From Rhizodiscina lignyota (Eukaryota): DNA of 64,000 nucleotides. Shown piece by piece: positions 10,594 through 22,989 of this stretch. The stretch is taken from positions 496,001 to 560,000 of the forward strand of contig ML978137.1 of the NCBI GenBank assembly GCA_010015805.1. The letters are read 5' to 3'. Below the pieces are notes generated by a model. It saw only the letters and a list, made by a program, of their open reading frames with translations. It ran no database searches and had not been told where the DNA came from. A program made the translations under genes and the position numbers. Position 1 is the first letter of the stretch, and each line of letters starts with the position of its first letter.

Positions 10594-11631
10594 ATGGTGT
10601 TTGGCTGCCAGCAAAAAGTCTTGCCTGTACGACAATCTCCGCGCAGAGTGCAAAGGGCAGAGAGACTGCTAAAATGCGGCTTGAAACGGCGGAGAATTAT
10701 CAAAACTGAGCGCAAAAGTCACCAAAGACAGTCTCCGCTCTATCGCCTGCCGGCAGAGATCAGGGTGCAAATTTGGGAGTATGTGCTTGCCTCGTCTGGC
10801 CGAGCGGTTCATCTTGTGACGATGCCCAAGAGGCTCGGCCACATGCATTGCGTTTACCCGCCGGACAAAGTCCCATTGGGGGCGGGCTATTTGCACCTGT
10901 GTTGGGGCGCTTCTCATACGGATGGCTCAACTTATCGACTTTCGCTTTCGAAGAAAGATGAGGAGCGAGACCTAAAGTTCAAAGTACGCCGGGAGGAGAC
11001 GTTACTGCCTCTGCTTTTGAGCTGCCGCACCGCGTAAGATGCCTTTAGCATGATTGTTGCTAGTCATTCTTATTCGTTACTGACGTGATTTTCTAGATAC
11101 TCCGAAGCATTAGAACTTATGTACTCGCATAATGTGTTTAATCTTCGGCAAGCAGTCACTCTAATCTACTTATCTGAGAACCTCCTTCCTCGGTGTTTCT
11201 CTGCTATCCGAACCCTGGAGCTCGATATACCGGTAATCTGTGAGACTGGTGAGACTGACGAAGTTTATTACAACTACCCTCCAGATAAACACGATGGCTG
11301 GGAGCGCTACTGTGAGATCCTTAATAGCATGACGGGTTTGCGGCATCTGAGGGTTGCGCTGAGTTGGGGTGATGGTTCTCCTCCGATATTGAGGGAAAAA
11401 ATGGGAGCTTGGTACCTGTCGCATCTCGCGAAGGTAGACGTGGAAGATTTTCTGGTTTCGCTCTCTCATGTAATCCCATCATATGTGCTGGAAGCTTTTC
11501 CGAAACGTTCCTTCCGCATCCGAGTTCACTCAAGTCTGGAGAACCGTTTCCGCGAGCAGTATGGTATTCGCCCGGGATTCAGGGTCTGTGAAGGCAGTTT
11601 GGATGATTATGAACCGGTTGATATTGCGTAG
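10594..11631 (+). CDS. F-box-like / DUF7730-type fungal protein
   Basis: QSPLYRLPAEIRVQIWEYVL is F-box-like. Intron 11034-11096 joins LLLSCRTA|YSEALELMYSHNVF, typical of this expanded family. Confidence 0.75.
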
Positions 11632-11719
11632 CTGTCATTTTAATTAAGAATTCATCTCCCTATGGAATAGGACAGTAATCAAAACAAACTTGCAGGGACC
11701 ATTCCCCAATTTTGAATTT

Positions 11720-13510
11720 TCAAGACCGCGAGGGTAGCAAGCTTTGCAGGATTGTTCTTTTGCGTAAGACGATACTGACCCACACATTATATTGTTTAGG
11801 CCATGAATGTGTACTCTTGCCCGCTTTTTGTACCTCACTAATACCCATTTGAACCTCTACATCTCGATCTAGATGCTGTATGGGATGCGAGAAGGAGTAA
11901 TAGCTGGATCCCACGGTCGGTTTGTGATTATCAGGATCGAAGGCATCAATGTAACGACCAAGATGTCCATAATGCGTATCGTTCCAAGAGGGGCGGTATG
12001 AAAGGTTGCATTCGTGAACGATATCATCCAAGATTTGATTCAACGGACTGCCATCAAATGTGAGCCAAACTTTAGAATCCTCTGGATTCGTGCTAGGCTT
12101 CATCTCCTTATAGCCACCGACGACAAGAGCTGCTGGCGTATCTCCTTTAGGTCCCACTGGGAATACGAGTAAAATGCCAAATCGCCAATCTCTTGAGGAT
12201 GTTTTGCGCGGGATAATGTAGCTGAGATCTGCGAACCCTACCGGTCTAGGGTAGATATACATTTCCGGCTCTGGATATTGTGTACGATGCAAGTCCACGG
12301 AGAAGACGGCCGCCGTTCCTGAAACCGGGGAAAAGCTGGACTGAGGTGTCAACTTCCTGATGAAGATCCTTTGTATGGATTTTCGAATCCAGGTTTCATC
12401 TCGACGAAAATTCAAGCCAACAACCCTGAAATACTCGTTCCGGGTACCAAAAATGGGCTCGAGTGGAATGATACAAGCACTCCCTCGTTCCTGATCGATG
12501 CAATCGAGCATCGCAAATGCACAGCCCCACTCGTCGACATCCGATTCCATCATGGTGACCTCTATCTCTAGGCCCTTGTTGGTCATTGAATATGGAGGGC
12601 TGCCAGAAGCACTTGGTATTGGGGCATTGTTGCTGCATTCAATGAATTGAAATGGATGCTCTGCCAAGGGTCCATGAGTCCTGTATTCGCTGATGAGAGG
12701 GTTTTGAGCAATCCCCTTGAAAGCGAATATTGAATGATCAGTAGAATCCTTCATGATTTCTTCCTGCAGTCTTTTAAAGGATTTCTCCTGTTCCCCATAG
12801 AGAAGCGGCATGTTGACATCGAAGATACCCAGAAGGCAATATGCCATATCTTCAGGCCTGGTGGTTTGGCGTTTGGCAGCCCATGACATACGTCGTGCAA
12901 TGCTGCGGAAATATAACAGCTTTGGGTCCTTTAACACTTCGGTGTCAACCTTCGTGATGCTAGAGATGCACTCCCTGAGGTAATATTTGGTGCCGATGGC
13001 TTTCCAATCCCGCGAGAAGAACCTGAGTTCTCTTGGTGCGATCATCTCTTGCAGCGTCCAGCCCCTAGTGAACCATCTACTTCTTGCAAACTTCGACTGC
13101 AATACGTAGTCATACTCCGGACTGGACCTCAAAATAGTCGCTAATGGACGGTTCTCAAGGAGGAGGACGTCGTCGCTGGGGACGTCCGACAGGTAGGCAT
13201 AGCAGACGCCAGAATTCTGGTACCATCGGAACATCGAATTAATCGCTTCTGAGAGTTCGGCGCTGCTAGCCTTATCGATGCAACAAGTATCTACCCAAAT
13301 AAATGAGTAGCCATCTTTCCGGGCCTGGTTGGCGCATCCCTCGATCTTTTTGTAGCCAGCCTTGCGCTTTACAGTGGCAGAACCCGAATCCTGGAACAAG
13401 ACTTCTTCGTCGCCCCAAGTGTGGGAAAGGATCGCATACGAAGGTATCTCATTTGGTGAGAATTCACGCAGAACCAGGGCGTTGGGTTCAGAGATATCAA
13501 GAAGACGCAT
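11720..13510 (-). CDS. HET-domain (PF06985-type) heterokaryon-incompatibility family protein
   Basis: Motifs MRLLD, YAILSHTWG, WVDTCCIDK.SSAELSEAINSMFRWY, SRWFTRGWTLQEMIAP and EDMAYCLLGIFDVNMPLLYGE. The C-terminus is unique, with no NACHT or WD40 seen. Confidence 0.92.
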   Translation of the reverse strand: MRLLDISEPNALVLREFSPNEIPSYAILSHTWGDEEVLFQDSGSATVKRKAGYKKIEGCANQARKDGYSFIWVDTCCIDKASSAELSEAINSMFRWYQNSGVCYAYLSDVPSDDVLLLENRPLATILRSSPEYDYVLQSKFARSRWFTRGWTLQEMIAPRELRFFSRDWKAIGTKYYLRECISSITKVDTEVLKDPKLLYFRSIARRMSWAAKRQTTRPEDMAYCLLGIFDVNMPLLYGEQEKSFKRLQEEIMKDSTDHSIFAFKGIAQNPLISEYRTHGPLAEHPFQFIECSNNAPIPSASGSPPYSMTNKGLEIEVTMMESDVDEWGCAFAMLDCIDQERGSACIIPLEPIFGTRNEYFRVVGLNFRRDETWIRKSIQRIFIRKLTPQSSFSPVSGTAAVFSVDLHRTQYPEPEMYIYPRPVGFADLSYIIPRKTSSRDWRFGILLVFPVGPKGDTPAALVVGGYKEMKPSTNPEDSKVWLTFDGSPLNQILDDIVHECNLSYRPSWNDTHYGHLGRYIDAFDPDNHKPTVGSSYYSFSHPIQHLDRDVEVQMGISEVQKAGKSTHSWPKQYNVWVSIVLRKRTILQSLLPSRS

Positions 13511-14575
13511 GGCTGCGAAGGTATATAAGTGGGTGAGGAATGGGAACTTTCTCAAGTTATGGCCGCCCGTTTTCCCTCTCACCTGATCTTCAGTTTTCTC
13601 CATACCCCGTTCTTAATAACACTGCTATGGATAACTATCTCGAAAAACTCATTTCTTTAGAGCGGTTCTTCAATACCTGACGTCCTAAATCTCAACCTGT
13701 TTGTTAGCTACTAGAAGAGAGTTGTCAAATGTGACGTCTCATAACAGGACGTCATATAACTACATCACGAAACCAACGACGTTCTCAACGGCCGCATGAT
13801 TCTGAATGATGCCATAAAACAACAGCTATCATGGTATCTACCATGAAGGACAAAAGATTGATGGAAACGACACTTTGAATGATGTACTTGCAACCACACG
13901 AAGCAGAGCAGCTGTAACATAAAAGAAATAGAATTTACGTCTGCAGCAAATCACCCAAACCACACACGGGATCTCTCTCTTTCTTGTGACCATTTCCTTA
14001 ACAAGAGTCTTACAAAGGTTTAGAAATATCTAGCCACTATATCTGGCCACTCTAGTCGAAGAGGGTGTTCTAGTCAGGGGCGAGAGTAAAGTCCCCGTTA
14101 GTAGATCATAAGAACTTGGAATAAGTAAGTGAAACAATATTTGCAGTTCGTAGAAAGTTATTTAAAACTAATCACACATTCTAGATACTTTTAATGAACG
14201 CAAGGGAGATCCGGATACGATACTATGTAGATTTATGCCTCGGAGATCCGCTTGCGACTGCTTGGAGCAAGGCTTTCGTATCAGAAGAAAAAAGCTCGAT
14301 TCCGAAGACTCAGTCCTTGCGGCATCAAACGCTTTGATCAAAGAAGCTAACATTAGGGTGTTAAGAGAGAGGAGGCTGCAAGAACCTGCTTCAGGGGATA
14401 AATCGAGGCTTCGATTTCACAACTACAACGTCAAACCACCCTCTTCACCGATCAGTGTTTTTGAAATATGTAATTATCCTGTGATACAGGGAAGATTCCG
14501 AAAATTCAAATCAGAACGCCAAAACCTCCTAGATTTCAACGGATGTTAACCCAGGGTTGTCGAGAAACTTTTGTA

Positions 14576-17500
14576 CTACGAAGCCTTATCCGAAAGCACC
14601 TGATCCATTCTTTCCTGCCAGTAGCCTTTCATGAAGATCGAGAGGGAAGTGTTCCGCCGTTGGTATTCATCCATGAATTCTGCGGTAAGTTCTCCGTGCT
14701 TAACAATCAAGACTGCCTCGTCGTCCCGGATACGTTGCACATCAATGGGTTCGTGTCTCTGGAAAAGCTCCCAAAGATCTCTTTCACAGCATAGGTGAGA
14801 TAGGCCTAGGCGTTGATGGGTTGCAAAATGAAAAACCTGGTTGGTAAATGTAATCCAGTCCGGGTCGGTTGGGCGTACCGATAGACTTTGTCCAATGCTT
14901 TCGATCCATTCCAATAGCAATCCCTGTATTTGCTCAGATACCACATAATGACTGTAATAATCTCTTATTCCTTTCAATAGAGTTGTGAGGGGGGTGCAGC
15001 CACTGGAAGAGCAAGTGCAACAGCATCCATCGCATGTAGTCTTAAGACATAAGCCGTAAAGAAATTGTGCTGAATTTAGATCAAGGTCTTTCATGCCGTC
15101 ACGAAATGATGCTTCTATTCTCGATGTCCTTTGAAATTCGTTGACAGCGGGCCTTCGTCTTTGGATGTTACTTGTATGCCCAAATGATACACCGATATTG
15201 AATGCCAGGTGGTGGGCTGGCGTTACTGCCGTTACCGAAGACGTTACGAGTCTCATGATATTTGCCCCTTTTGAGAGCAGCCATTGTGCATACCAAAGAG
15301 CCGATGAAAGTTCAGATAACTGACGCGGACAAATGCTTGCTAATGGGCTCAGACCATCGCAGTTCAACTCATCAATGCAGTAAAATCCTGTGTCGAAGAG
15401 TCTCCGTGGCCATACTCTATATCCCTCTCTGGCGTAGAAATATGAGGCTATGGTATGATATACTGTCCCTCGCGGGTTTCCTGGATTCAGCTCCTCGGGT
15501 ATCGCAATCTTGTGTTTATCCAAAATATGGACCAACGAATACAGGGGTGATCCTTCTAGTATTCCGTCACTTGGGACACCGAGTGCCTCGAATGCCTCCG
15601 TTGGGAGCTTCTGAAGGGCTATCGCTTTCAGTTCGAGCTGACGTTGCTTTATTGTCGTGGAAACAAAATTAAATCCTACGCCATCCAGGTCTAGAACAGA
15701 CTCTAGAATCTCCTCTGAGGCAGAGAGGCGGAAACGCATTCCTCCCTCCCATTCTGGGGATGAAAGAGCACTTCCAGCCTCCATAAGTAGTGCCATAGAA
15801 TCGATGCAACGAACCCAGTGGGCGTAAAGGAGAGGTATACTTCCGCGGCTACTGGGGGTGTTGACTATCCGAGTTCCTCCAGCCTCGAGTAGCAGCTTTA
15901 AGCTAACTGGCCACCCGCTGGCAAGGTGAATAGTCGTATGTCCAAACCTATTCCGCTCGTGGATGACTGATGCGGGATTTCTCCGAAGCAAGTCCTGAAC
16001 AGTCTTTTCGGATCGCATCAAGATTGCATAGCTTAGAGGGCCACACTCCGATGCTTTGTAGCACTCTCTGTTAGCCTTTACAGCAGGGATGTAACTGAGT
16101 GGCGGCTACATACTGAAATATGAATACAGATTACATACCTTCAATCCAAGCATCTAAATGTCGGCCAACTTCAATCTCGTAACGATCTCGATTCTTGAAG
16201 AAATAGGTCGTCAAAAGAGAGGCCGAATGTTCGAAACCAATGTCTACCACAGATTTACAAAAGTCTATGGCGCTTCTACCGTATTCAGGGTGAAGTATAT
16301 GGGCATTCCAGGTACTTATAGCAAGACAATCGAACGGGTTCCTGTGTCCATTGTTACATAACAAGAAGGCTTTCCAAGTCTCTCTGTCGTACCGACCACG
16401 TGAATCTTTCTCATTTATAGGCACACCTGCATCCGCTAAATCAAACACCAAGCCTGTGTATGGCAAGAGGTCTGATACGGCTCGCCAGTGACCTGGGCAG
16501 TCTCCTTGGACGAGAGTCTAATTCTTGTCAGCTTAAACATTTCTCTTACAATTCGTTTACTGACATTAAGCAATGTTCGCCCATTTTGGTCGACATCAAA
16601 TGGAGACGCTTGACGACTGTGAAACAACCTCTGGATCTCGGCCCTTAAGTCTTCATGGGACATTTCAAATGTCCGTCCTTTATTTCCATGCTCTCCTAAG
16701 CCCTTCAGAAGTTGGAATGCAGGTGAGTCGGGACGGAAGACATAGCGAAGGCTCAGAGAGGGAATGATGGAGAAGCTCCAAGCACCAAACGCTACTGAGA
16801 AGGACCCCTCTACAACTCGGGAAAGAAGAATGCTGAATATTCTTGCGTCAACGCCAATACGGGTAACTCGTTCTGTATTTAGATGGTAGGGGCAAGACTC
16901 GTGATGGGAACTTGACGCAATGGTTTCCCTGAAAATTCGCAGAGGGCCTCGTCTGATCTCGTTGACCATCTTCGTTTTCCATTTTCGGCACGAGCAACGC
17001 GGTGAGATTGATTTGGCGATGAAATCGTTCTGCAGAGAATTTTGGCGTAGGCTCAGACTGTTGTCCAATGTAGATGTACTATCCACAGCAGGTTGAAGTA
17101 TTGCTGGCCTCGGGATGAGCGTCAATTGCATATCCTGTTCGGTTGCCTTATCTTTTGTGGAGTTTTCAGCAAAGCGCTTGAGCAGCTGTTCCGTCATTTC
17201 AGACATTTGTGGCGTGACTCGCATGACGGCATCTTGTAATAATTCGAATTGTTGCCGGAAGTCTTTAGTCGTGTGTAAGTTAGACACGATGTCATTGGTA
17301 ATAACATGTTCGATGCTTGATACTGTCTGCTTGATGTGATTAACATCTTTCATTGTCGAAGAACCAGTATTTGCAACTGCCGTCACTGTGATTTCCTGGT
17401 TTGCAGCAATGTCTCTGCGAAAGGCCAGTCAGTTACGGAATCCTACAGTGAGATTATACAACCAAAACACTTACAGTTGAAGGACTTGAAGTAGAAGACT

Positions 17501-17902
17501 CAAGTTGTGTGTAAGGTCTCTTACGAGCGCTTGGAGGTGTTTGATGGTCTTCTTACGAAATGGGTATGCCGATTTCTTTGAAAGATCAATGAATCGTTCC
17601 TTGGTTCCTTTCGGGCATTCGATCCGGCAATTTTTCAGTATTGCTTCCAATGTCTTGAGCTTGTCTTCCACCAGGCTGAGGCTGTCTGCCACATAATCGT
17701 TGAATAAAGGGTGCGTATTCAAAATATTTCCAAGCCTACTATTGAGCAGCTTAAAGAGCTTCCCCAGGTGCGCGATATATTTCAAGGCAGATGAAACGTC
17801 GTCGTCTCTTGCTTCCCAGGCCTGGTAGTAGGCTGTCAAACCGTCGCACACCGTAATTCCAAAAGAGATCACTCCTACTAGTGTCCCCAGTATCTCGGCC
17901 AT
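14576..17902 (-). CDS. HeLo-like (fungal STAND N-terminal-type) domain plus ankyrin-repeat protein, 5 exons
   Basis: N-terminus MAEILGTLVGVISFGITVCDGL...YPFRKKTI. Ankyrin-like segments include DVDQNGRTLL, RNRFGHTTIHLA and GSIPLLYA. Introns 17415-17474, 16518-16564, 16342-16392 and 16054-16138 link four ORF-track fragments in frame. Confidence 0.75.
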
Positions 17903-18796
17903 GATAGACAAGGCTACGAAGATCTGGAGCAGGAAAGCGACTGATCTTCCGGTGTGGATGAATCGTTGAAGAATTTGGGCACAGGAGATGTTAGATAAGG
18001 ATGGAAATGATAGTTTGGGGGAGATCAGTAGGCTCAGGTTCAGCTCGTGCACGATCAGCCTTGCTCAAGGCTGATCAGGTAGAACTTAATCATGCTAAGC
18101 CACTATTGACCCTGCTTACGAATTCTACTCGCTGTTCGCGTGGCACCAATATTGGGCCCCTGATTTCAGCCTCGTTGAAGGAACAGGTCTTGTTATTCGA
18201 GTGTAGCGTCGAAAAAACAAGGATTCTTAGACCAAAGGAATGACTGAGTAAAGAATTAAGAATCCGACTAAGTTTGGCATTTAAATTCGGGTGATGACCT
18301 CCGTCGTTTTCGGCGGCAAATACCGATCTTTTCGTATGTAGGGCATTGTCACCAGTGGTGGAAGTATAGTGCAAAATCCACTATGTAACACAAGTCAGCT
18401 TCATTTGATGCGCAAGTCGTAAAACGGATGGGCAATCTCATATTTTAAAGGCTGGCAACAAGGGCAGCACAGAGCAAGCAGATCCACCATATGGTAGTCG
18501 CTATAAAGATAGCCTCTAAATTCACTGATTTGTCGTTGTTTTAATTTTATGAGATGAGGTGGTTGGTGGTTGAAGGGCCGCACAGATCTTCGCAACCGCG
18601 GAGGTAGATAGAGTAGGATAGCATACGTTAGCGTGCACGCTCACATGAATCCTTCTCGGTTCTCTTTCGCCACCATCCAGCCTTATCAAGGATTTCGACG
18701 ATATAATTACCCTACTACTGCGCGCACCTCCTCTTCTACCTCGCTATTGTGTTCTCTGAACATCACTTATAATATCCCTATGCGCTATATAATAAG

Positions 18797-19810
18797 ATGC
18801 GCTCCTCGATAGCCCTTCTCGCACTTGTTGCAAGCGTAGCCGCGTCGCCTCAAGGCGTAACGTCTGCCATCTCTCCAGCGGCCTCTGCACCAGCGGGTTG
18901 CGCTACTAGCTACAACGGCGAATTCACTTTTACAGTAAAGAATTTAACTTCCACTACGGCGAAGCGCCATCTCACCAAGGTTCGTCACGGATTGCGTGAA
19001 AATGCCTCGAGCTCTTGTCGTAGTAATAACGAACATAGCGCCAAACTAATGGTATTTTATCCGTCACAATCATTGGAGGGGTTCTCGCCGACCAGGATGG
19101 GCGGACTGGCTATATCGCGAACAACTACCAGTATGCATACAATTGACTCTCCACAAAAAGAAGATAAAAACAGATGCACTTCCAGGCTCGAATTCGCCAA
19201 CCCCCCTCAAGCCGGCGCCATCTACACGGCCGGCTTCTCGGCCTGTACCAACGGCTCCCTCGCGTTCGGCGGCTCCACTGTCTGGTATCAGTGCCTTAGC
19301 GGCGGTTTCTATAACATCTACGCCCGTAGGTCGACTGCGCAGTGTAACCCGATTAATATCGCTGTCTTGCCCCACGCTGCCTCGTCGAGTGCAACGACGC
19401 GTGTACCAACCAGTGATACCGCCACAAGCTCTGCCTCGACCACGGCTACTAATTCCACAGGATCGCGCACCACGGGCACTAGTAGTAGCACTACATCCTC
19501 ATCTACTCCCTCAAACTCAGCCGGCACTAATGCTGGAGATCTCACCCCCGGGGCCAGGGCGGGGACCGGAGTAGGAGTAGCGGTCGGTGCCATTCTCGTG
19601 ATTGCCGTGTTGTCAATCGTGTTCTTCCGTCGTCGACGGGGAAAGCGTGCGCGTGCGAACCCGGATCGTACCAATTCGCCGTCGGGCTGGACGAAGCCGG
19701 AACTCGAGGACACGCATGTCCCGGTGCAGACACCCGTGGAAGTCGAGGCTACGCACTCGTATAGGGAACTCGATAGCACTCCGGTACGGGCTGAGCTCGC
19801 TGAGAGATGA
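18797..19810 (+). CDS. Secreted PIR/Cis3-type cell-wall domain protein with S/T stalk, single TM helix and cytoplasmic tail
   Basis: Signal peptide present. After removing introns 18980-19038 and 19131-19185 the protein reads LADQDGRTGYIANNYQLEFANPPQAGAIYTAGFSAC...YQCLSGGFYNIY...QCNPI (PIR C-terminal domain), then an S/T stalk and GVGVAVGAILVIAVLSIVFF-RRRR. Confidence 0.82.
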   Translation: MRSSIALLALVASVAASPQGVTSAISPAASAPAGCATSYNGEFTFTVKNLTSTTAKRHLTKVRHGLRENASSSCRSNNEHSAKLMVFYPSQSLEGFSPTRMGGLAISRTTTSMHTIDSPQKEDKNRCTSRLEFANPPQAGAIYTAGFSACTNGSLAFGGSTVWYQCLSGGFYNIYARRSTAQCNPINIAVLPHAASSSATTRVPTSDTATSSASTTATNSTGSRTTGTSSSTTSSSTPSNSAGTNAGDLTPGARAGTGVGVAVGAILVIAVLSIVFFRRRRGKRARANPDRTNSPSGWTKPELEDTHVPVQTPVEVEATHSYRELDSTPVRAELAER

Positions 19811-20666
19811 AAAACTACACATCATGAGATACCGTCTAAGAAGTCCTTTTTGTGGAGATTGGTTTTATTAAAAATTTCTCCTAACCCTATAAGGTGGATA
19901 GTGGATACCGCTGAACGTTCCAATGATGAAAAGCCGCACAGGAACGCAGAAACCCAATGCAATAGGGATGAACAAGATAGGGTTGTCGTTCGACGAGCCT
20001 CTCGACGAAATATTTAATGCGCAGAGGTACCTTCATATGTATGGATCCTCCTCAATTTCGACGAGCCTCTCCTTTTGTTATTACGTGCGAAATGCGTTTC
20101 GTGGGTTGCAAATCTACGTCTATCACGGGACTCAGCAGTCAAGTAGTACAGTGTGGTCAAATGAATAGATATTATGAACGTATAGTTCTATCGCTAGCGT
20201 TGAAATCTCGAAAGGCTTGATAAGAAGTTTTCGCAGACGCAGTGCGCAGTGGGAAATGAGGTACACCCCCTATTTAGCGGGAAGATCTTGGCACCGTTGG
20301 AACTACGGAGTGGAGCGGAGATTGGATGGCCTCAGAGGAGATTTCATGCGATTATATTTGCGACTTGGAGGTGCCGCATTTCTTTCAATTACTTCCGCGA
20401 CGATATTCAGAACTTGCGTGACACGGCTTGGTTCCATAGTAGGCGTAAGACGAAACGTATTATATTGACCGCTCTTGATCGTATGTATCTACCGAACGGA
20501 AACACCTCTCAGCAAATTGCACCCAACAAACGCCGCGCTTATATCCAAACCCGATCTCATATCTCGCTCAAGTGAACATTCTAAGCGCTGTCCAGAGCGT
20601 TGCACTATCCGACCACGGCCAATGCAGCAATAACTGCCGTCCGCGATCATCAACGTAGAGATCTAC

Positions 20667-22989
20667 TTAGCAGAAGATGCTGGACCTCGCCCTCTCCGTC
20701 TCTCTCGTCTCATTGTGCAGATGCTGCGTGACATCCAGCACCGTAACAATGTGGTCATGGCATAGAGTCTGGTCCCTCCTTCTCGCCAGAAGCTGGCCCG
20801 TTTTCAGGATGTTCTTAATCTGCCGTCCGTTCAGATCCATCAGCGCCAGCCTCTCCAGCTGAATATCAGTGATCGAATTATCCTGGCCCTGTGCCTTGGC
20901 TGCGGCGAGGAAGTTCTTCCAGATCATGCGGCGCGAGTCGATGCTCAGCTCAGGATAGTCGAGAGAGATGTGGATCCGGGACTGGAACGCTGCATCGAAG
21001 GTGTTGACGCGGTTGGTCGTCAGGAACATGATGCCTTCGTAGTACTCGAGAATCCGTAGGAAGATGGAGACGAGCTTGTTGCGCTCGAGCTCGTGCAGGC
21101 TACGCTGCTCAAGGAAGACATCGGCCTCGTCGAGTAGGAGGATGGCGTTCCACTTCGTACACATTTCGAGGATGTTGTTGAGCTTGTTCTCAATATTGCG
21201 TGGATCGAGTCCGAGGTCGCCGGCGCTCATCATGTAAAGAGGCACACGCATCTCTTCAGCAACGGACTCCGCAGTCTGTTAAAGTGTCAGTGAGGCCGGA
21301 CAAAAGGCGCGCAGGATTCTTACCAGAGTCTTTCCCACACCTGGCGGGCCGCATAACAGCAAGATTATGCCTTTACCCTTGCCTTCAATCACATCGTCAA
21401 ACATCTCCTTATTCTTCCGCTGACTCTCCGTAAAGCCAAGGATCAACTCCTTCTGATTCGAAGGCAACACCAAGCTGTCAAAGGCACCGACGCTCCACTC
21501 AATCTCCTTAACAGAATTGACGAAAAAGTTCAGCCACTGCTTGTTCTTCAGTGCATAGCCGCGCAGCAGAGGCGTGCAGATTAGCTTCTGCTCTGCTGTC
21601 AACTTGATACGATCTGCACCTCCTTCCTCATCTGCGAACATTCCGTCGACGGGCATACCGCCTCCTGTGCCTTCATCGCCGGGATCGTACATGTCGTCGC
21701 CATCATCGTCGTCATCACCAGCTTGTCCGTCTGATTGTTCTTTTTGATTGAGAGGCGTGACGAAGACGGACCAGTTTGGGTTGAATTTGTTCCAGCCATA
21801 CGTGTCGATGACGATGCGACCTTTGATGTTGTGCTTGTCCTTGTTTCCGAAAGGATCGCGATTCCAGGCAACGCCGTGATATGCCTTATAATGTGAGCCA
21901 GCCAAAGCCTCAATCTTGCCACCTCGCTCGATCAGCCTTTCTTTCAGGCCATCCTTGTCCAAGTGATAGTCAATAGGATATGCCGCGAGAACTCCAATCT
22001 TTCGAGTACCAGCATAAGGATAGATGCAGAGATTCAGCTTGTTCGTTCCAAAACGGCTCCCGTCCCAGTCGACGTATTTCCCACTAACCCAGAAACACGG
22101 GTTCATGTTTCGGTCGGTGCCATATCGTGTATTGTGGAGCTTCAATGCTGTGTCCTGGCCATCCTGCCGCGTGTAGACAACATGCCCTGGTTGGAACACT
22201 GTCCAGAGATACTCGTAAGTTATCACACCATTGCGCATCATATCTTGCGACTCCTCAATGAGCGTTTTAAACTCCTTGTGGAGCAGGTTGTAAAGCAACT
22301 CTGTGTGCTCTTTCGTCTTCTTTCTGTTCTCCTCCTCTTCCGCATCATCACTCTCACTTTCAGCTTCCAGACGCTTGATTGCATCCTCAAGCTCTGACCA
22401 CCGATGAATCAGCGGTTCGAACTTGCCAGAGAATTCCAACCGCCTTAAGCCCACTGTAACACCAGGGTAATCCTTCAAGACACCTCCGAGTAGCTTCTTC
22501 AGTAACGGGCTTTGCACCACAATACTGTGGATAGCAAGGACCTACATGGAGAATGTATTAGTAGAGTTCAGTACAGCCTAAAAGCGTAAATTCAAAGGGA
22601 TTCGAGCTTGAGAAGATGAAGCTTAAAAATAATACCCATCACATAAATGGAGGCATCCTTACCTTGCGTGGGTCACTGTAGACCTTGACATTTCGCACCA
22701 ACAGCGCCCACTTAGCTGTCTCCGCATCTTCCGCAGGCTTCCCTACATCGGTCGGAACGGTGTCTTGCCACTGGAAACGGCCACGACGGTCCTCTTTGCC
22801 AGAATAGAGGTTCTTATAGCCGCATTGCATCCCGATCTCTTTCGGATCAAGAGGCGTTGGTGCTTCAGCCTCTTCGACTTCACCATCAACCCCATTAGTC
22901 TCTGCCTTACCACTCAGCGTGACGGTCTTGATGCCATTCTGCTGCGGAGTGGACTCTTCGTCCGAGGAGTAATCAATGCTGCGTGCCAT
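20667..22989 (-). CDS. Fungal AAA+ ATPase (DUF7025-AAA type)
   Basis: Walker A GPPGVGKT, Walker B LLDEAD, TTNR and AFQSRIH. Introns are 22542-22662 and 21276-21323. ATG 22989 is provisional because the frame stays open to about 23100. Confidence 0.9.

Noticed and set aside
14077..14097. AAAGTCCCCG resembling RNase MRP conserved region I
   Set aside because: No matching CR-V partner is found downstream, and it pairs locally with GGGG instead.
19881..19889. CTAACCCTA resembling a telomerase RNA template or telomere repeat
   Set aside because: It is a single 9-mer in a probable 3' UTR within a short intergenic gap, with no other telomerase RNA features visible.
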